Assembly (NCBI GenBank): GCA_963704705.1
Contig: OY969931.1
Span: forward strand, 960,001-992,000
Length of the DNA: 32,000 bases
Source: an uncultured bacterium
Lineage (GTDB): Bacteria > Patescibacteriota > Gracilibacteria > UBA1369 > PNNO01
Direction: 5' to 3'
Below are positions 15,359-24,692 of this stretch, piece after piece. The notes under the pieces are model-generated. The model worked only from the letters and a program-made list of their open reading frames with translations, was not told where the DNA came from and made no database searches. The first letter of the stretch is position 1, and every line of letters begins with the position of its first letter. A program made the translations under genes and the position numbers.

Positions 15359-15884
15359 TCATTTCTAAAAAATATTTGTGAATTTTTATGTCATCAGTTA
15401 ATTCAGGGTGAAATGTTGATGCCAAATAGTGATTTTGTCTGACAAGAACAATTTCATTTTTTGAATTTCGGGCCAAAATTTCAACATTTTTACCAACTTT
15501 TTTTATTTTAGGAGCTCTGATAAAAATTCCGTGAAATTCGATCCCTTTAAATTTAAAATTATCTTCAAAACTATCAAGTTGGCTGCCATAAGCGTTTCTT
15601 TCAACATCCATATCGATAAGCCCCTGTTGTGCTAACAGTATAGCTCCTGCGCATGTGCCAAAAATAGGTAGCTTTTTCATTGCTGTTTTGATTTCACCTA
15701 TAAGTAAATTCATAGTTGTACTCTCCCCTCCCGGAATTATTAAACCATCTAAATTTTTTAAATCATTTTTAGTTCTAACTTCATATATTTTTACTCTGAG
15801 TTTCTTTAAAATTTGAATATGTTCAAAAAAAGCACCCTGTAAAGCAAGTACTCCAATTTTTAATTTACCATCCTCTTTCTGCAT
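15342..15884 (-). CDS. pdxT: Pyridoxal 5'-phosphate synthase, glutaminase subunit PdxT
   Basis: [23 protein letters not shown] (catalytic Cys), FHPE. I prefer the ATG at 15884 ([13 protein letters not shown]) over the track start at 15902. Either start overlaps the pdxS 3' end. The 3' end overlaps the OFOR beta 3' end by 17 nt. Confidence 0.9.
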   Translation of the reverse strand: MQKEDGKLKIGVLALQGAFFEHIQILKKLRVKIYEVRTKNDLKNLDGLIIPGGESTTMNLLIGEIKTAMKKLPIFGTCAGAILLAQQGLIDMDVERNAYGSQLDSFEDNFKFKGIEFHGIFIRAPKIKKVGKNVEILARNSKNEIVLVRQNHYLASTFHPELTDDIKIHKYFLEMITQTF

Positions 15885-16740
15885 ATTTATGGTCAAGTTC
15901 ATCGATTAATTTACTTTCCATTGCTTCTCCTAAATTCTCTGAAACTCTAGCTAAAATTACAGGATCGTTAAAATGAGTTGTTGCTTCAACAATTGCTTTT
16001 GCACGTTTTTTGGGATCACTGGATTTAAAAATTCCGGATCCGACAAACACACCATCAACCCCCAATTGCATCATTAATGCGGCATCTGCAGGCGTTGCAA
16101 TTCCACCTGCAGCAAAATTAACAACAGGTAAACGTCCTAATTTACATACTTCATTTACCAGACTTAATGGTACTCTTTCTTTTTTTGCCCAATCTGCGCG
16201 TTTTTTTTCGTTTGATTTTTTAAGCATTTGAATTTCATCATTTACTGTCCTTGCGTGACGTACAGCTTCAACTACATTTCCTGTGCCGGCTTCACCTTTA
16301 GTACGCATCATTGCAGCGCCTTCATCAATTCTGCGAAGTGCTTCACCCAGATATGTACATCCGCATACAAAAGGCACTTGAAATTCATTTTTATTAATAT
16401 GAAATCTTTCATCAGCTGGTGTTAAAACTTCACTTTCATCAATATAATCAACTTCTAAAGCCTGTAATATCTGCGCTTCAACAAAATGTCCAATTCTTAC
16501 TTTAGCCATTACCGGTATTGAAACCGCTTTTTTTATCTCTTTTATTAATTTTGGATCACTCATTCTGGCAACCCCGCCTTGTTTCCTGATATCAGATGGA
16601 ACTCTTTCAAGAGCCATTACAGCGCATGCTCCGGCTTCCTCAGCTATTTTTGCCTGTTCAGCCGTAACAACATCCATAATTACTCCTCCCTTAAACATCT
16701 GAGCTAATCCTTTTTTTAATTTTAGAGTGTTTTTCTTCAT
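15865..16740 (-). CDS. pdxS: Pyridoxal 5'-phosphate synthase, synthase subunit PdxS
   Basis: [58 protein letters not shown], ending in ERGW. Highly conserved family. Confidence 0.95.
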   Translation of the reverse strand: MKKNTLKLKKGLAQMFKGGVIMDVVTAEQAKIAEEAGACAVMALERVPSDIRKQGGVARMSDPKLIKEIKKAVSIPVMAKVRIGHFVEAQILQALEVDYIDESEVLTPADERFHINKNEFQVPFVCGCTYLGEALRRIDEGAAMMRTKGEAGTGNVVEAVRHARTVNDEIQMLKKSNEKKRADWAKKERVPLSLVNEVCKLGRLPVVNFAAGGIATPADAALMMQLGVDGVFVGSGIFKSSDPKKRAKAIVEATTHFNDPVILARVSENLGEAMESKLIDELDHKYAERGW

Positions 16741-16830
16741 AAAAATTCTTTAAATGCGTAAGTATTATATATAAAGTTGCTTTTTGATCAATTAAAAAAT
16801 ATTATAAATAATGTTATTAACCTAAAAAAA

Positions 16831-17367
16831 ATGAATCCTATAGATTTATTAATGCAAGAACATGGATTAATTTCAAAAATGATTCAACTTTTTGACAAAG
16901 AAATTGCACGACTTAAAGCAGGAAATGGTGATCATTGTTTTCTGCATTCAGCAATAGATTTTTTTATGTCATATGGTGACAAAACGCATCATGGAAAAGA
17001 AGAAGATATACTTTTCAGGGAAATTGGTCAAAAACCTATCTCAGAAGAAGACAGAAACACAATGGGGATACTTTTGGAGGAACATGTTATGGCACGTGAA
17101 AAAATAAAACATTTAAATGAATTAAATGATAAGCTCATCCAGGGAGATAAAAGTGTACAACCTGAAATTATAACTGCATTAGAAGATTTAGGTTCATTTT
17201 ATTTGCAACATATCGAGAAAGAAAATATTCACTTTTTTATAAGTGCAAAACAATATTTTAATGATGAAGAATGGGAATTGATGATGAAAGAATTTGCTGA
17301 ATTTGATAGAAGCATGATTCATGAAAAGTATAGATCCCTTATTGCAGAGCTTGAAGCAAAAAACTAA
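16831..17367 (+). CDS. Hemerythrin-like (HHE cation-binding) domain protein
   Basis: MNPIDLLMQEHGLI, THHGKEEDILF, LLEEHVMAREK, LQHIEKEN: His/Glu ligand pattern of hemerythrin-like di-iron domains. The ATG at 16831 is preferred over the track's TTG at 16777. Confidence 0.8.
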   Translation: MNPIDLLMQEHGLISKMIQLFDKEIARLKAGNGDHCFLHSAIDFFMSYGDKTHHGKEEDILFREIGQKPISEEDRNTMGILLEEHVMAREKIKHLNELNDKLIQGDKSVQPEIITALEDLGSFYLQHIEKENIHFFISAKQYFNDEEWELMMKEFAEFDRSMIHEKYRSLIAELEAKN

Positions 17368-17370
17368 GAG

Positions 17371-17399
17371 TTGACTAAATTGACATTTACTTTTATAAT
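17371..17399 (+). promoter_or_regulatory. Strong sigma-70-type promoter (TTGACT - 17 nt - TATAAT) for the ABC exporter gene
   Basis: Sequence gagTTGACTaaattgacatttactttTATAATc, read directly. Confidence 0.5.
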
Positions 17400-17406
17400 C
17401 TATCCG

Positions 17407-17430
17407 CTTTGAAACAATTTTGGTTCAAAG
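17407..17430 (+). promoter_or_regulatory. 5'-terminal leader stem-loop CTTTGAA-n10-TTCAAAG
   Basis: Perfect 7-bp inverted repeat beginning at about the predicted transcription start, 22 nt before the ATG at 17452. Confidence 0.3.
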
Positions 17431-17451
17431 TAGTTTATTATATTTGGAAAT

Positions 17452-19215
17452 ATGAAATTAAATACACGAAGAACAATTAGGTTTTACTGGAAACACGCCA
17501 AAAAATTTAAAATTCATTTGGTTGTTATGCTTATGACTGCAATTATAGCTGCCAGTGCAGATTTAGTTGCACCATACTATTATAAACTAATGTTCGATTT
17601 AATATCAGAAGGAGGATTAAAAAGTGAAATTGCCCAACAAGCAATTATTTACCTGTTATTTGCATTTGTATTCTTATTTATAAACTGGTTAATGTGGAGA
17701 ATTTCTGACTATTTTAATAGAAGATTCCAATCTGAAGCTATGGGTAATATGGCAAATGAATGTTTTGAAGTGATGCATCATCATTCTTACAACTTTTTTA
17801 CCAGTAATTTTAGCGGTTCTTTAGTAAAAAAAATAAATAGATTAGTTAGATCATTCGAAAATATCGCTGATAAGCTTTATTTCGATTTACTAACCCTGAT
17901 AGTGAAAGCTACAATAATTTTTTCTGTCTTATTTTATCTTCAGCCATTACTTGGAATCGCTATGGCAGTTTGGACTGCGTTGTTTGTTATATTTAATTTT
18001 ACTTATGCAAAATATAAATGGAAATATGACATAATTAGGGCAAAAGCTGATACAAAATCAACTGCTAGGCTTGCTGATACCATAACAAACTCAATCACAA
18101 TTAAACTTTTTGCAGGTTTAAAATATGAAATCAAAAAGTTTAAAGAAATAATAAACGATTTAGTTAAAAAGACACAAAAAGCATGGTTTATGAGTGAAAT
18201 TGCAAATGCAACCCAACATTTTGCAATGGTATTATTAAATTTAGTTATCTTTTTTATCGCAATCAATCTTTGGGAAAAAGGAGTTTTGACTATTGGAGAT
18301 TTTGTTTTGATTCAGGTTTATTTATTCTCTTTATTTGAAAAAATCTGGGGATTTGGTCGTGTTATAAGAGATTTATACAGAAACATGGCTGATGCTGAAG
18401 AAATGATTGAAATCCTGCATACAAAATCTGAAATTGAAGATGTAAAAAATGCCAAAAAGCTCAGGGTAGTCAGAGGTAAAATTGAATTTCAAAAAATCAG
18501 ATTTTCTTATGATAAAACAGTGAAAGTTATAAAAAAACTGGATCTTAATATTAAGCCAGGTGAAAAAATAGCTTTAGTTGGTCCGTCTGGCGGAGGCAAA
18601 TCAACAGTTACTAAATTGATATTGAGATTCTTTGATATTCAGAGAGGTAAAATTTTAATTGACGGTCAAAATATTAAAAGCGTTACTCAGGACAGTTTGA
18701 GATCACAAATAAGTCTTGTTCCACAGGACCCAATACTGTTTCATAGAACGCTCAATGAAAATATTAAATATGGAAGAAGGGATGCTGCTGATGAAGAAGT
18801 TATAGCTGCGGCAAAACTTGCAAATTGCCATGAATTTATTCAGAAATTACCTAAAAAATATGAGACATATGTTGGTGAAAGAGGTATTAAACTCTCAGGA
18901 GGTGAACGTCAGAGAGTAGCTATAGCACGCGCAATTTTAGCAAATAATCCGATACTTATATTAGATGAAGCAACTTCAAGTCTTGATTCTTATTCTGAAA
19001 GTCAGATTCAAAATGCTTTGATAAATTTAATGAAAAATAAAACTACTTTAATAATCGCGCACAGGTTATCAACGATTATGAGCGCAGATAGAATTATTGT
19101 ATTCCAGGACGGTGATATCGTTGAATCAGGTACACACGCTGATTTAATATCAGATAAAACAGGACTATACAAAAAACTTTGGGACTTACAAAGCGGAGGT
19201 TATGTTAAATCTTAA
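17452..19215 (+). CDS. ABC exporter, fused permease/ATPase (MsbA/type I exporter-like half transporter)
   Basis: Six-TM N-terminal domain. Walker A GPSGGGKST, Q-loop, signature LSGGERQR, Walker B ILILDEATS, H-loop IAHRLST. Confidence 0.9.
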   Translation: MKLNTRRTIRFYWKHAKKFKIHLVVMLMTAIIAASADLVAPYYYKLMFDLISEGGLKSEIAQQAIIYLLFAFVFLFINWLMWRISDYFNRRFQSEAMGNMANECFEVMHHHSYNFFTSNFSGSLVKKINRLVRSFENIADKLYFDLLTLIVKATIIFSVLFYLQPLLGIAMAVWTALFVIFNFTYAKYKWKYDIIRAKADTKSTARLADTITNSITIKLFAGLKYEIKKFKEIINDLVKKTQKAWFMSEIANATQHFAMVLLNLVIFFIAINLWEKGVLTIGDFVLIQVYLFSLFEKIWGFGRVIRDLYRNMADAEEMIEILHTKSEIEDVKNAKKLRVVRGKIEFQKIRFSYDKTVKVIKKLDLNIKPGEKIALVGPSGGGKSTVTKLILRFFDIQRGKILIDGQNIKSVTQDSLRSQISLVPQDPILFHRTLNENIKYGRRDAADEEVIAAAKLANCHEFIQKLPKKYETYVGERGIKLSGGERQRVAIARAILANNPILILDEATSSLDSYSESQIQNALINLMKNKTTLIIAHRLSTIMSADRIIVFQDGDIVESGTHADLISDKTGLYKKLWDLQSGGYVKS

Positions 19216-19727
19216 ACTTCCTTTTCCATATAATCCATATCTTCCTCCCTCTTTTGAATTTCATTGAAAGCTTTTGTTTTATTTTTTATTTTAAATCCGC
19301 TTTTTTTATAAACTTTATGCGCTCCAATATTATTAATATGACATGTTAAATTTATTTTTTTTGCGCCTTTAACTTCTTTTAAATATTTTGTTGCAACCTT
19401 AAAAACATCAGTACCATAGCCTTTTCCCCATTCATCTTTCTCGCCTATTACAATACCAATTCTTAAATTTTTATCGGAATTGTCAAGTTCATGGAAACCA
19501 ACGTTACCTATTAATTTATCATTTTCTTTAATAAAAATACTCCACACCTCTTCATTGGGATTATTTTGAATCTTATTTATCCATTCGACTTCTTCCTCAA
19601 CTTTTTTTGGAGGTTTAATTCCAACCATATACCTATTTACTTCAGGATCGTTCACCCATTTCATAAAAATTTCTGCATTTTCAACTGATATTGGTTTTAA
19701 ATAAATCCTTTCACCTTCAAGTTTCAT
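19212..19727 (-). CDS. GNAT-family N-acetyltransferase (RimJ/RimL-like)
   Basis: 171 aa. LKPISVENAE...W, IGIVIGEKDEWGKGYGTD (motif A), NIGAHKVYKKSGF. Confidence 0.85.
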   Translation of the reverse strand: MKLEGERIYLKPISVENAEIFMKWVNDPEVNRYMVGIKPPKKVEEEVEWINKIQNNPNEEVWSIFIKENDKLIGNVGFHELDNSDKNLRIGIVIGEKDEWGKGYGTDVFKVATKYLKEVKGAKKINLTCHINNIGAHKVYKKSGFKIKNKTKAFNEIQKREEDMDYMEKEV

Positions 19728-19728
19728 A

Positions 19729-20241
19729 TTAATTTAAAATATAAATTAAATAAGTTAAATAAGTTGCAAAACCAACCCATAATAAATAAGGGAGTAAAAG
19801 TAATGATGCAACTTTAGAATGGCGCCAAATTAAAATCATTAATATTAATGTTGTTGCTTCAAGAATGAGCATTTCAATTAAAGCCGGAAAAATTAAATGA
19901 AATGTAAAAAATAATAAACTCCATAATGCATTCAAAATTGCATTTGCAATAAAAAATCCAATAATTAAATTAAAATCATATGTTTTTCTTTTAAAAATTA
20001 CTAAATATCGTTCTTCAAATTGCGGCTTATTCCAAACCATTAATGCAGTAATTGTTGCGAGAATAAATATAGTTGTCCATGCAATAGGGAATAAATAATT
20101 TGGTGGAGCTAAATCCGGTCTTATAAGCTCGGATTGATACCATGGCATACCAAAAGAATTAAACCAACTGCCCAATAATGCAACAACAATTGTAATTAAT
20201 GGAATAATTACGAAATTTTTTTTGAAAGTAAATGAACTCAT
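19729..20241 (-). CDS. tspO: TspO/MBR family tryptophan-rich tetrapyrrole-binding membrane protein
   Basis: Five TM helices. WYQSELIRPDLAPPNYLFPIAWTTIF, NALWSLLFF, LLLPYLLWVGFATYL: the Trp-rich TspO pattern. Confidence 0.8.
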   Translation of the reverse strand: MSSFTFKKNFVIIPLITIVVALLGSWFNSFGMPWYQSELIRPDLAPPNYLFPIAWTTIFILATITALMVWNKPQFEERYLVIFKRKTYDFNLIIGFFIANAILNALWSLLFFTFHLIFPALIEMLILEATTLILMILIWRHSKVASLLLLPYLLWVGFATYLTYLIYILN

Positions 20242-20280
20242 AAATTTTTTATTAATTAATTACATTATATTCATAATGAT

Positions 20281-20317
20281 TTTAAAAAAATACCCCTTTA
20301 TATAAAAAAGGGGTATT
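20281..20317 (-). terminator. Rho-independent terminator of the H1-like gene
   Basis: On the minus strand: AAATACCCCTTT-loop-AAAGGGGTATT followed by TTTTTTT. Confidence 0.6.
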
Positions 20318-20336
20318 TCATTATTAAAAAAAACTA

Positions 20337-20519
20337 CTATTTTCTTTTTGTAGTTTTTTTCTTAGCAGCAGTTTTCTTTTTTGGAGCAGCTTTCTTTTTT
20401 GGAGCTGCTTTCTTAACAGCTTTCTTTACCATCTTTTTAGGAGCTGCCTTTTTTTTAGGAGCTGCTTTTTTTACCATTTTTTTAGCTGGCTTTTTAGCCG
20501 CTTTTTTCTTAACTGGCAT
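20337..20519 (-). CDS. Histone-H1-like Lys/Ala/Pro-rich basic protein (putative nucleoid-associated protein)
   Basis: 60 aa made of AAPKKKAAPKK / KKAVKKAAPKKK-type repeats. Has its own terminator and a plausible promoter (TTGATT-16-CATAAT on the minus strand, roughly 20550-20580). Confidence 0.7.
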   Translation of the reverse strand: MPVKKKAAKKPAKKMVKKAAPKKKAAPKKMVKKAVKKAAPKKKAAPKKKTAAKKKTTKRK

Positions 20520-20650
20520 AGTTGATATTTTTTAAATAATACATATCGAAACAATTATGTTCTTTTTAAAAAATAAATCAATATAAAAATGCATAAATAG
20601 CAAATTTATGTTTGTATAAATTTTGAATTATATTAAAAGAATTTTATTAA

Positions 20651-20678
20651 ATACCCCTTGTAAACAGTCACGGGGTAT
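20651..20678 (-). terminator. Hairpin ATACCCC-n14-GGGGTAT, probable terminator of the small Cys-rich ORF
   Basis: Same stem sequence as the terminator at 20281-20317. Lies 13 nt after the small-ORF stop. The U-tract is weak (TTTAATAAAAT on the minus strand). Confidence 0.35.
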
Positions 20679-20690
20679 TTAATTTGTATT

Positions 20691-20789
20691 CTAATTAGTC
20701 CAAATAAATATTTTCTTCATCTCTAATTTTGGTGAATCACATTTAGGGCATAATGGACATTCTTCACCGCATGAACATTGATGTGTCAT
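20691..20789 (-). CDS. Unannotated 32-aa Cys-rich small protein (MTHQCSCGEECPLCPKCDSPKLEMKKIFIWTN)
   Basis: ATG at 20789, TAG at 20691-93. Below the size cut-off of the ORF track. Five Cys in a CxCx3Cx2Cx2C pattern. A promoter-like TTGATG-17-TTTAAT lies upstream on the minus strand and a hairpin lies downstream. Confidence 0.35.
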   Translation of the reverse strand: MTHQCSCGEECPLCPKCDSPKLEMKKIFIWTN

Positions 20790-20857
20790 ATGTTGGTAGT
20801 TACTACTTATTAAAATTAAGATAGTTATTTGCATCAATTTATCTAAAATATATGCTA

Positions 20858-20886
20858 TTGACTATTTAACACATTCATTGTAAGAT
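20858..20886 (+). promoter_or_regulatory. Putative promoter of the DEAD-box helicase gene (TTGACT - 17 nt - TAAGAT)
   Basis: Read directly. The ATG is at 20922. Confidence 0.4.
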
Positions 20887-20921
20887 TATCTCTCGAACAA
20901 ATTAATAATTTTTTTCAAGCC

Positions 20922-22106
20922 ATGAAACGCAAATCATTTGGCGGTGGAAGAAGACCGTCACATTTTCAGAATAAGAAAAAATTCTCAAAAAAAGAGAGCA
21001 ATATTGATATAAGAAAATTTGTTAACAATGCAATTGAAACTGAAAAATCCGCTGAATATATTCCTAAATATAATTTTGAAGATTTTGAATTGGATAACAG
21101 ACTTAAAAGAAACATTATTTCTAAAGGTTATAAAAAACCTACTCCGATCCAGGATCAATCAATCCCTCATTTACTTAAAGGAATTGATATTGTTGGAATT
21201 GCAAATACCGGAACCGGTAAAACAGCAGCTTTTTTACTCCCATTACTTAATAAAGTAATTAAAGATCGTAAACAAAAAGTATTAATTTTAGCTCCTACAC
21301 GCGAACTTGCACTACAGATTGAAGAAGAATTCATAGCATTTGCTAAAACATTGGGAATTCATTCAGTACTTTGTATCGGAGGAACTAATATGGGTTTTCA
21401 AATAAGAAAATTGAAAAGAAATTATAATTTCTTAATAGGTACTCCAGGAAGAATTAAAGATTTATTAAACCGAAGACTGATAAACTTTAAATCTTTTAAT
21501 AATGTGATTATTGATGAAGCCGATAGAATGCTTGATATGGGATTTATTAATGATATCAAATTTCTATTATCCAATCTTCCTGAACAAAGACATTCACTTT
21601 TCTTTTCAGCAACAATTTCAAAGCAAATTGAAGAGTTGATATGCACTTTTCTTAATGAACCCTTGACTATCTCCGTTAAAGTGCGTGAAACAGCAGCAAA
21701 TGTTCAGCAGGATGTAATACATATTCTGCCTAATCAAACAAAAGTAGAAGTACTTCAAACCATTTTGCGTAAAGATGAATTCCGTAAAGTTTTAGTATTT
21801 GGCAGAACTAAACGCGGTGTGGATAGACTTTCTCAGGCACTTTTTAAAAAAGGATTTAAAGTGGATTGTATTCACGGAGACAAATCACAATCAAGCCGTC
21901 AGAGAGCTCTTCAAAACTTTAAAAAATATAAAGTACAAATACTTGTTGCTACTGATGTAGCTGCACGTGGTCTTGATATTGACGATGTAAGCCATGTAAT
22001 TAATTTTGATATTCCTAGTACCCACGAAGACTATATTCATAGAATTGGACGTACTGGGCGTGGCGATAAAAAGGGTATTGCGCTTACATTTATTGATAAA
22101 AAATAA
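20922..22106 (+). CDS. DEAD-box ATP-dependent RNA helicase
   Basis: Q-motif GYKKPTPIQ, motif I ANTGTGKTAAF, PTRELA, motif II DEAD, SAT, motif VI HRIGRTGRG. Basic N-terminal tail. Confidence 0.95.
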   Translation: MKRKSFGGGRRPSHFQNKKKFSKKESNIDIRKFVNNAIETEKSAEYIPKYNFEDFELDNRLKRNIISKGYKKPTPIQDQSIPHLLKGIDIVGIANTGTGKTAAFLLPLLNKVIKDRKQKVLILAPTRELALQIEEEFIAFAKTLGIHSVLCIGGTNMGFQIRKLKRNYNFLIGTPGRIKDLLNRRLINFKSFNNVIIDEADRMLDMGFINDIKFLLSNLPEQRHSLFFSATISKQIEELICTFLNEPLTISVKVRETAANVQQDVIHILPNQTKVEVLQTILRKDEFRKVLVFGRTKRGVDRLSQALFKKGFKVDCIHGDKSQSSRQRALQNFKKYKVQILVATDVAARGLDIDDVSHVINFDIPSTHEDYIHRIGRTGRGDKKGIALTFIDKK

Positions 22107-22175
22107 ATACTTTCAAAATACATCCAATTTTAAATGTTCAAATGAATGTTTATGCTTTTAAGATACCCAAAAAAA

Positions 22176-22184
22176 TGGTATAAT
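22176..22184 (+). promoter_or_regulatory. Extended -10 element TGgTATAAT upstream of the glycan operon
   Basis: Sequence aaaaaTGGTATAATaaaaag, 24 nt before the ATG at 22208. Confidence 0.4.
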
Positions 22185-22207
22185 AAAAAGAATAAAAATA
22201 AAAACAA

Positions 22208-23425
22208 ATGAAAGTATTAATGTTTGGGTGGGAATATCCGCCCAATAATAGTGGAGGTCTCGGAATTGCTTGTAAAGGAATTGTTGATGGATTGTTAGAA
22301 TCAGGGGTAAAGGTTAATTTGGTTTTACCTGATGATAATTCAGATATAATGCCTTCATTTTGTGTAAACTTAAAAAAAACAATTAATACCGAAAAGCTGA
22401 AAATTGTACCGATGAATCTATTAAACAGCTCGGTATATATTTCAAATGAAGAATATAGCAAAAAAATAAAATTATCAGGTTTGTTTAAACAATTCAGCAA
22501 ATCAAATAATCTGGTAGAAGATTCAGTGATTTATGGCAGCGTTGTTGGTAAAGTAGCTCTAAAAATTCCTCATGATGTAATTCATGCACATGACTGGCTA
22601 ACAATACCAGCAGGAATTGAAGCAAAAAAGCTTTCAAAAAAACCATTGATTATACATGTACACTCGACTGAATTTGATCGTTCTGGAGGAAATCCAAATC
22701 CTGCTGTATATAACATTGAAAAACATGGATTTGATAATGCTGATTTAATTGTGGCTGTAAGCAATTATACAAAACAAAAAATAATTGAATATTATGGTAT
22801 TCCGGAAGAAAAAATACGGGTTGTGCATAATGCAATAAATCAGGAAATTAAAGAACAATATCAACCGCACCCAATAAGTAAAAATAATAAAATTGTTTTA
22901 TTCCTAGGGCGAATTACTATTCAAAAAGGCCCGGATTATTTTGTTGAAATGGCCAGAAAAGTTCTTAATGAAATGAAAAATGTTAAATTTGTAATTGCGG
23001 GTAATGGGGACATGATGAATGAAATTATTTCAAAAGCAATTAAACTTGGTATTGAAAAAAATATTATTTTCACTGGTTTTTTAAAAGGAGGAGATGTTGA
23101 TAAAGCATTTCAGCAGGCTGATGTTTATGTAATGCCTTCAATTTCCGAACCGTTTGGACTTACCGCGCTTGAATCAATTCAAAACGGAACACCAGTTATT
23201 ATTTCAAAACAATCCGGTGTTAGTGAAGTTCTGTCTAATGTATTAAAAATTGATTTTTGGGATGTAAATGAAATGGCGAATAAAGTCATATCTATTCTTA
23301 AATATCCTGCTTTAGAAAAAAGTTTGAAAAATCAATCCAATGAAGAAATTAAAAAATTCTCATGGAAAAACGCAGCAAATAAACTTAAAAATTTATATAT
23401 TAACCTGACCAATAATCATGCATAA
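22208..23425 (+). CDS. GT-B glycosyltransferase, archaeal-type glycogen/alpha-glucan synthase-like (GT4/GT5)
   Basis: MKVLMFGWEYPPNNSGGLGIACKG N-terminus. HAHDW. C-terminal FLGRITIQKGPD, MPSISEPFGLTALES (E-x7-E region). Confidence 0.85.
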   Translation: MKVLMFGWEYPPNNSGGLGIACKGIVDGLLESGVKVNLVLPDDNSDIMPSFCVNLKKTINTEKLKIVPMNLLNSSVYISNEEYSKKIKLSGLFKQFSKSNNLVEDSVIYGSVVGKVALKIPHDVIHAHDWLTIPAGIEAKKLSKKPLIIHVHSTEFDRSGGNPNPAVYNIEKHGFDNADLIVAVSNYTKQKIIEYYGIPEEKIRVVHNAINQEIKEQYQPHPISKNNKIVLFLGRITIQKGPDYFVEMARKVLNEMKNVKFVIAGNGDMMNEIISKAIKLGIEKNIIFTGFLKGGDVDKAFQQADVYVMPSISEPFGLTALESIQNGTPVIISKQSGVSEVLSNVLKIDFWDVNEMANKVISILKYPALEKSLKNQSNEEIKKFSWKNAANKLKNLYINLTNNHA

Positions 23426-24692
23426 GGATAAAAACACAAAAAGTGTCTGCATGTATTTTCAGGTTCATCAACCGTACAGATTAAGCAATTTCTCTCATTT
23501 TGATATTGGAGGAACAGATAAGAATTATTTTAATGGACCTTTAAATTTCGCTAATAAAGACATCTTTGAAAAAGTAGCTTTAAAATGCTATTTACCAACA
23601 AACAAAATACTTCTTGAACTTCTGAATAAATATCCTGAAATGAAGATCAGTTTTTCATTATCCGGGATATTTTTGGAACAATGTCTGGAATTTGGAGAAA
23701 TAGGAAAAAAAGTATTGGAAAGTTTTAAAGATTTGGCTAAAACTAAAAAAGTTGAATTTTTATCTGAAACATATCACCATTCACTTGCTTATTTTTATTC
23801 AAAAAAAGAATTTGCCGAACAAATATTGGAACATCGGGATTTAATTTATAAATTATTTAAAAAGAAAACAAATATTTTTAGAAATACTGAACTAATTTAT
23901 AATAATGAAATAGCAAATTTTATCCGCGAATTGGGTTTTAATGGGATATTAGCTGAAGGCTGGGATCCTGTTTTAAATGGAAAAAGTCCAAATCATGTTT
24001 ATGAACCCTTAAATTCTCAAATCCATAAAGCAGATAAAAAAATAGCAAACAAATATGCCATTCGAAAAAGAAAACCCAAAGATTTCAAACTACTTTTAAA
24101 AAATTATAAACTTTCGGATGATATTGCATTTAGATTTTCGCAAAAATCATGGGAAGGATATCCTTTAACAGCGGACAAATATGCTGCATGGGTTGACGCA
24201 ACCGAAGGAGACACAGTAAATCTGTTTATGGACTATGAAACTTTTGGAGAACATCAATGGGAAGATACAGGAATTCTTGAATTCTTAAAATTTTTACCCG
24301 GAGAACTACTTAAAAGAAATATCGGATTCAAAACACCCACTGAAACAATGAAAAATTATAAAAGTCATGGAGAAATAGATATTCACCATCCCCTTTCATG
24401 GGCTGATACAGAAAGAGATTTATCAGCATGGTTCGGAAATGATTTGCAGGAATCTGCAATTGCTTCTGTTTTTGAAATTGAACCTTTAATTAATAAAAAA
24501 AAATCAAAAGAATTAAAAAATGATTGGAGAAAACTTCAGACATCGGATCATTTTTATTATATGTGTACAAAATATTTCAATGATGGAGATGTACATAAAT
24601 ATTTCTCTCCTTATGAATCTCCTTATGATGCCTATATAAATTATATGAATATTCTTACAGATTTTAAAAATAACCTTGGATATAATGCCTAG
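23418..24692 (+). CDS. Glycoside hydrolase family 57 protein (alpha-amylase/alpha-glucan-processing)
   Basis: YFQVHQPYRL N-terminal GH57 signature, ETYHHS, MDYETFGEHQW (catalytic Glu region), SWADTERD. Overlaps the upstream gene by 8 nt. Confidence 0.85.
   Translation: MHKDKNTKSVCMYFQVHQPYRLSNFSHFDIGGTDKNYFNGPLNFANKDIFEKVALKCYLPTNKILLELLNKYPEMKISFSLSGIFLEQCLEFGEIGKKVLESFKDLAKTKKVEFLSETYHHSLAYFYSKKEFAEQILEHRDLIYKLFKKKTNIFRNTELIYNNEIANFIRELGFNGILAEGWDPVLNGKSPNHVYEPLNSQIHKADKKIANKYAIRKRKPKDFKLLLKNYKLSDDIAFRFSQKSWEGYPLTADKYAAWVDATEGDTVNLFMDYETFGEHQWEDTGILEFLKFLPGELLKRNIGFKTPTETMKNYKSHGEIDIHHPLSWADTERDLSAWFGNDLQESAIASVFEIEPLINKKKSKELKNDWRKLQTSDHFYYMCTKYFNDGDVHKYFSPYESPYDAYINYMNILTDFKNNLGYNA

Noticed and set aside
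16741-16830. TTGATCAA palindrome in the pdxS/hemerythrin divergent region as a possible operator
   Set aside because: It is short (8 bp), AT-rich, and its flanks are not symmetric. It cannot be distinguished from background in a 30% GC genome.
22150-22500. Antisense or shadow ORFs in the track: 2096-2299, 3162-3464, 5082-5285, 9989-10222, 13419-13622, 16010-16231, 16228-16425, 18003-18266, 21019-21258, 21422-21646, 22150-22500, 22582-22764, 22650-22835, 25094-25381, 27298-27597, 28018-28251, 30043-30231, 31449-31646
   Set aside because: Each lies inside or opposite a well-supported conserved gene. Each has low-complexity or implausible composition and no motif, and is best explained as a frame shadow.
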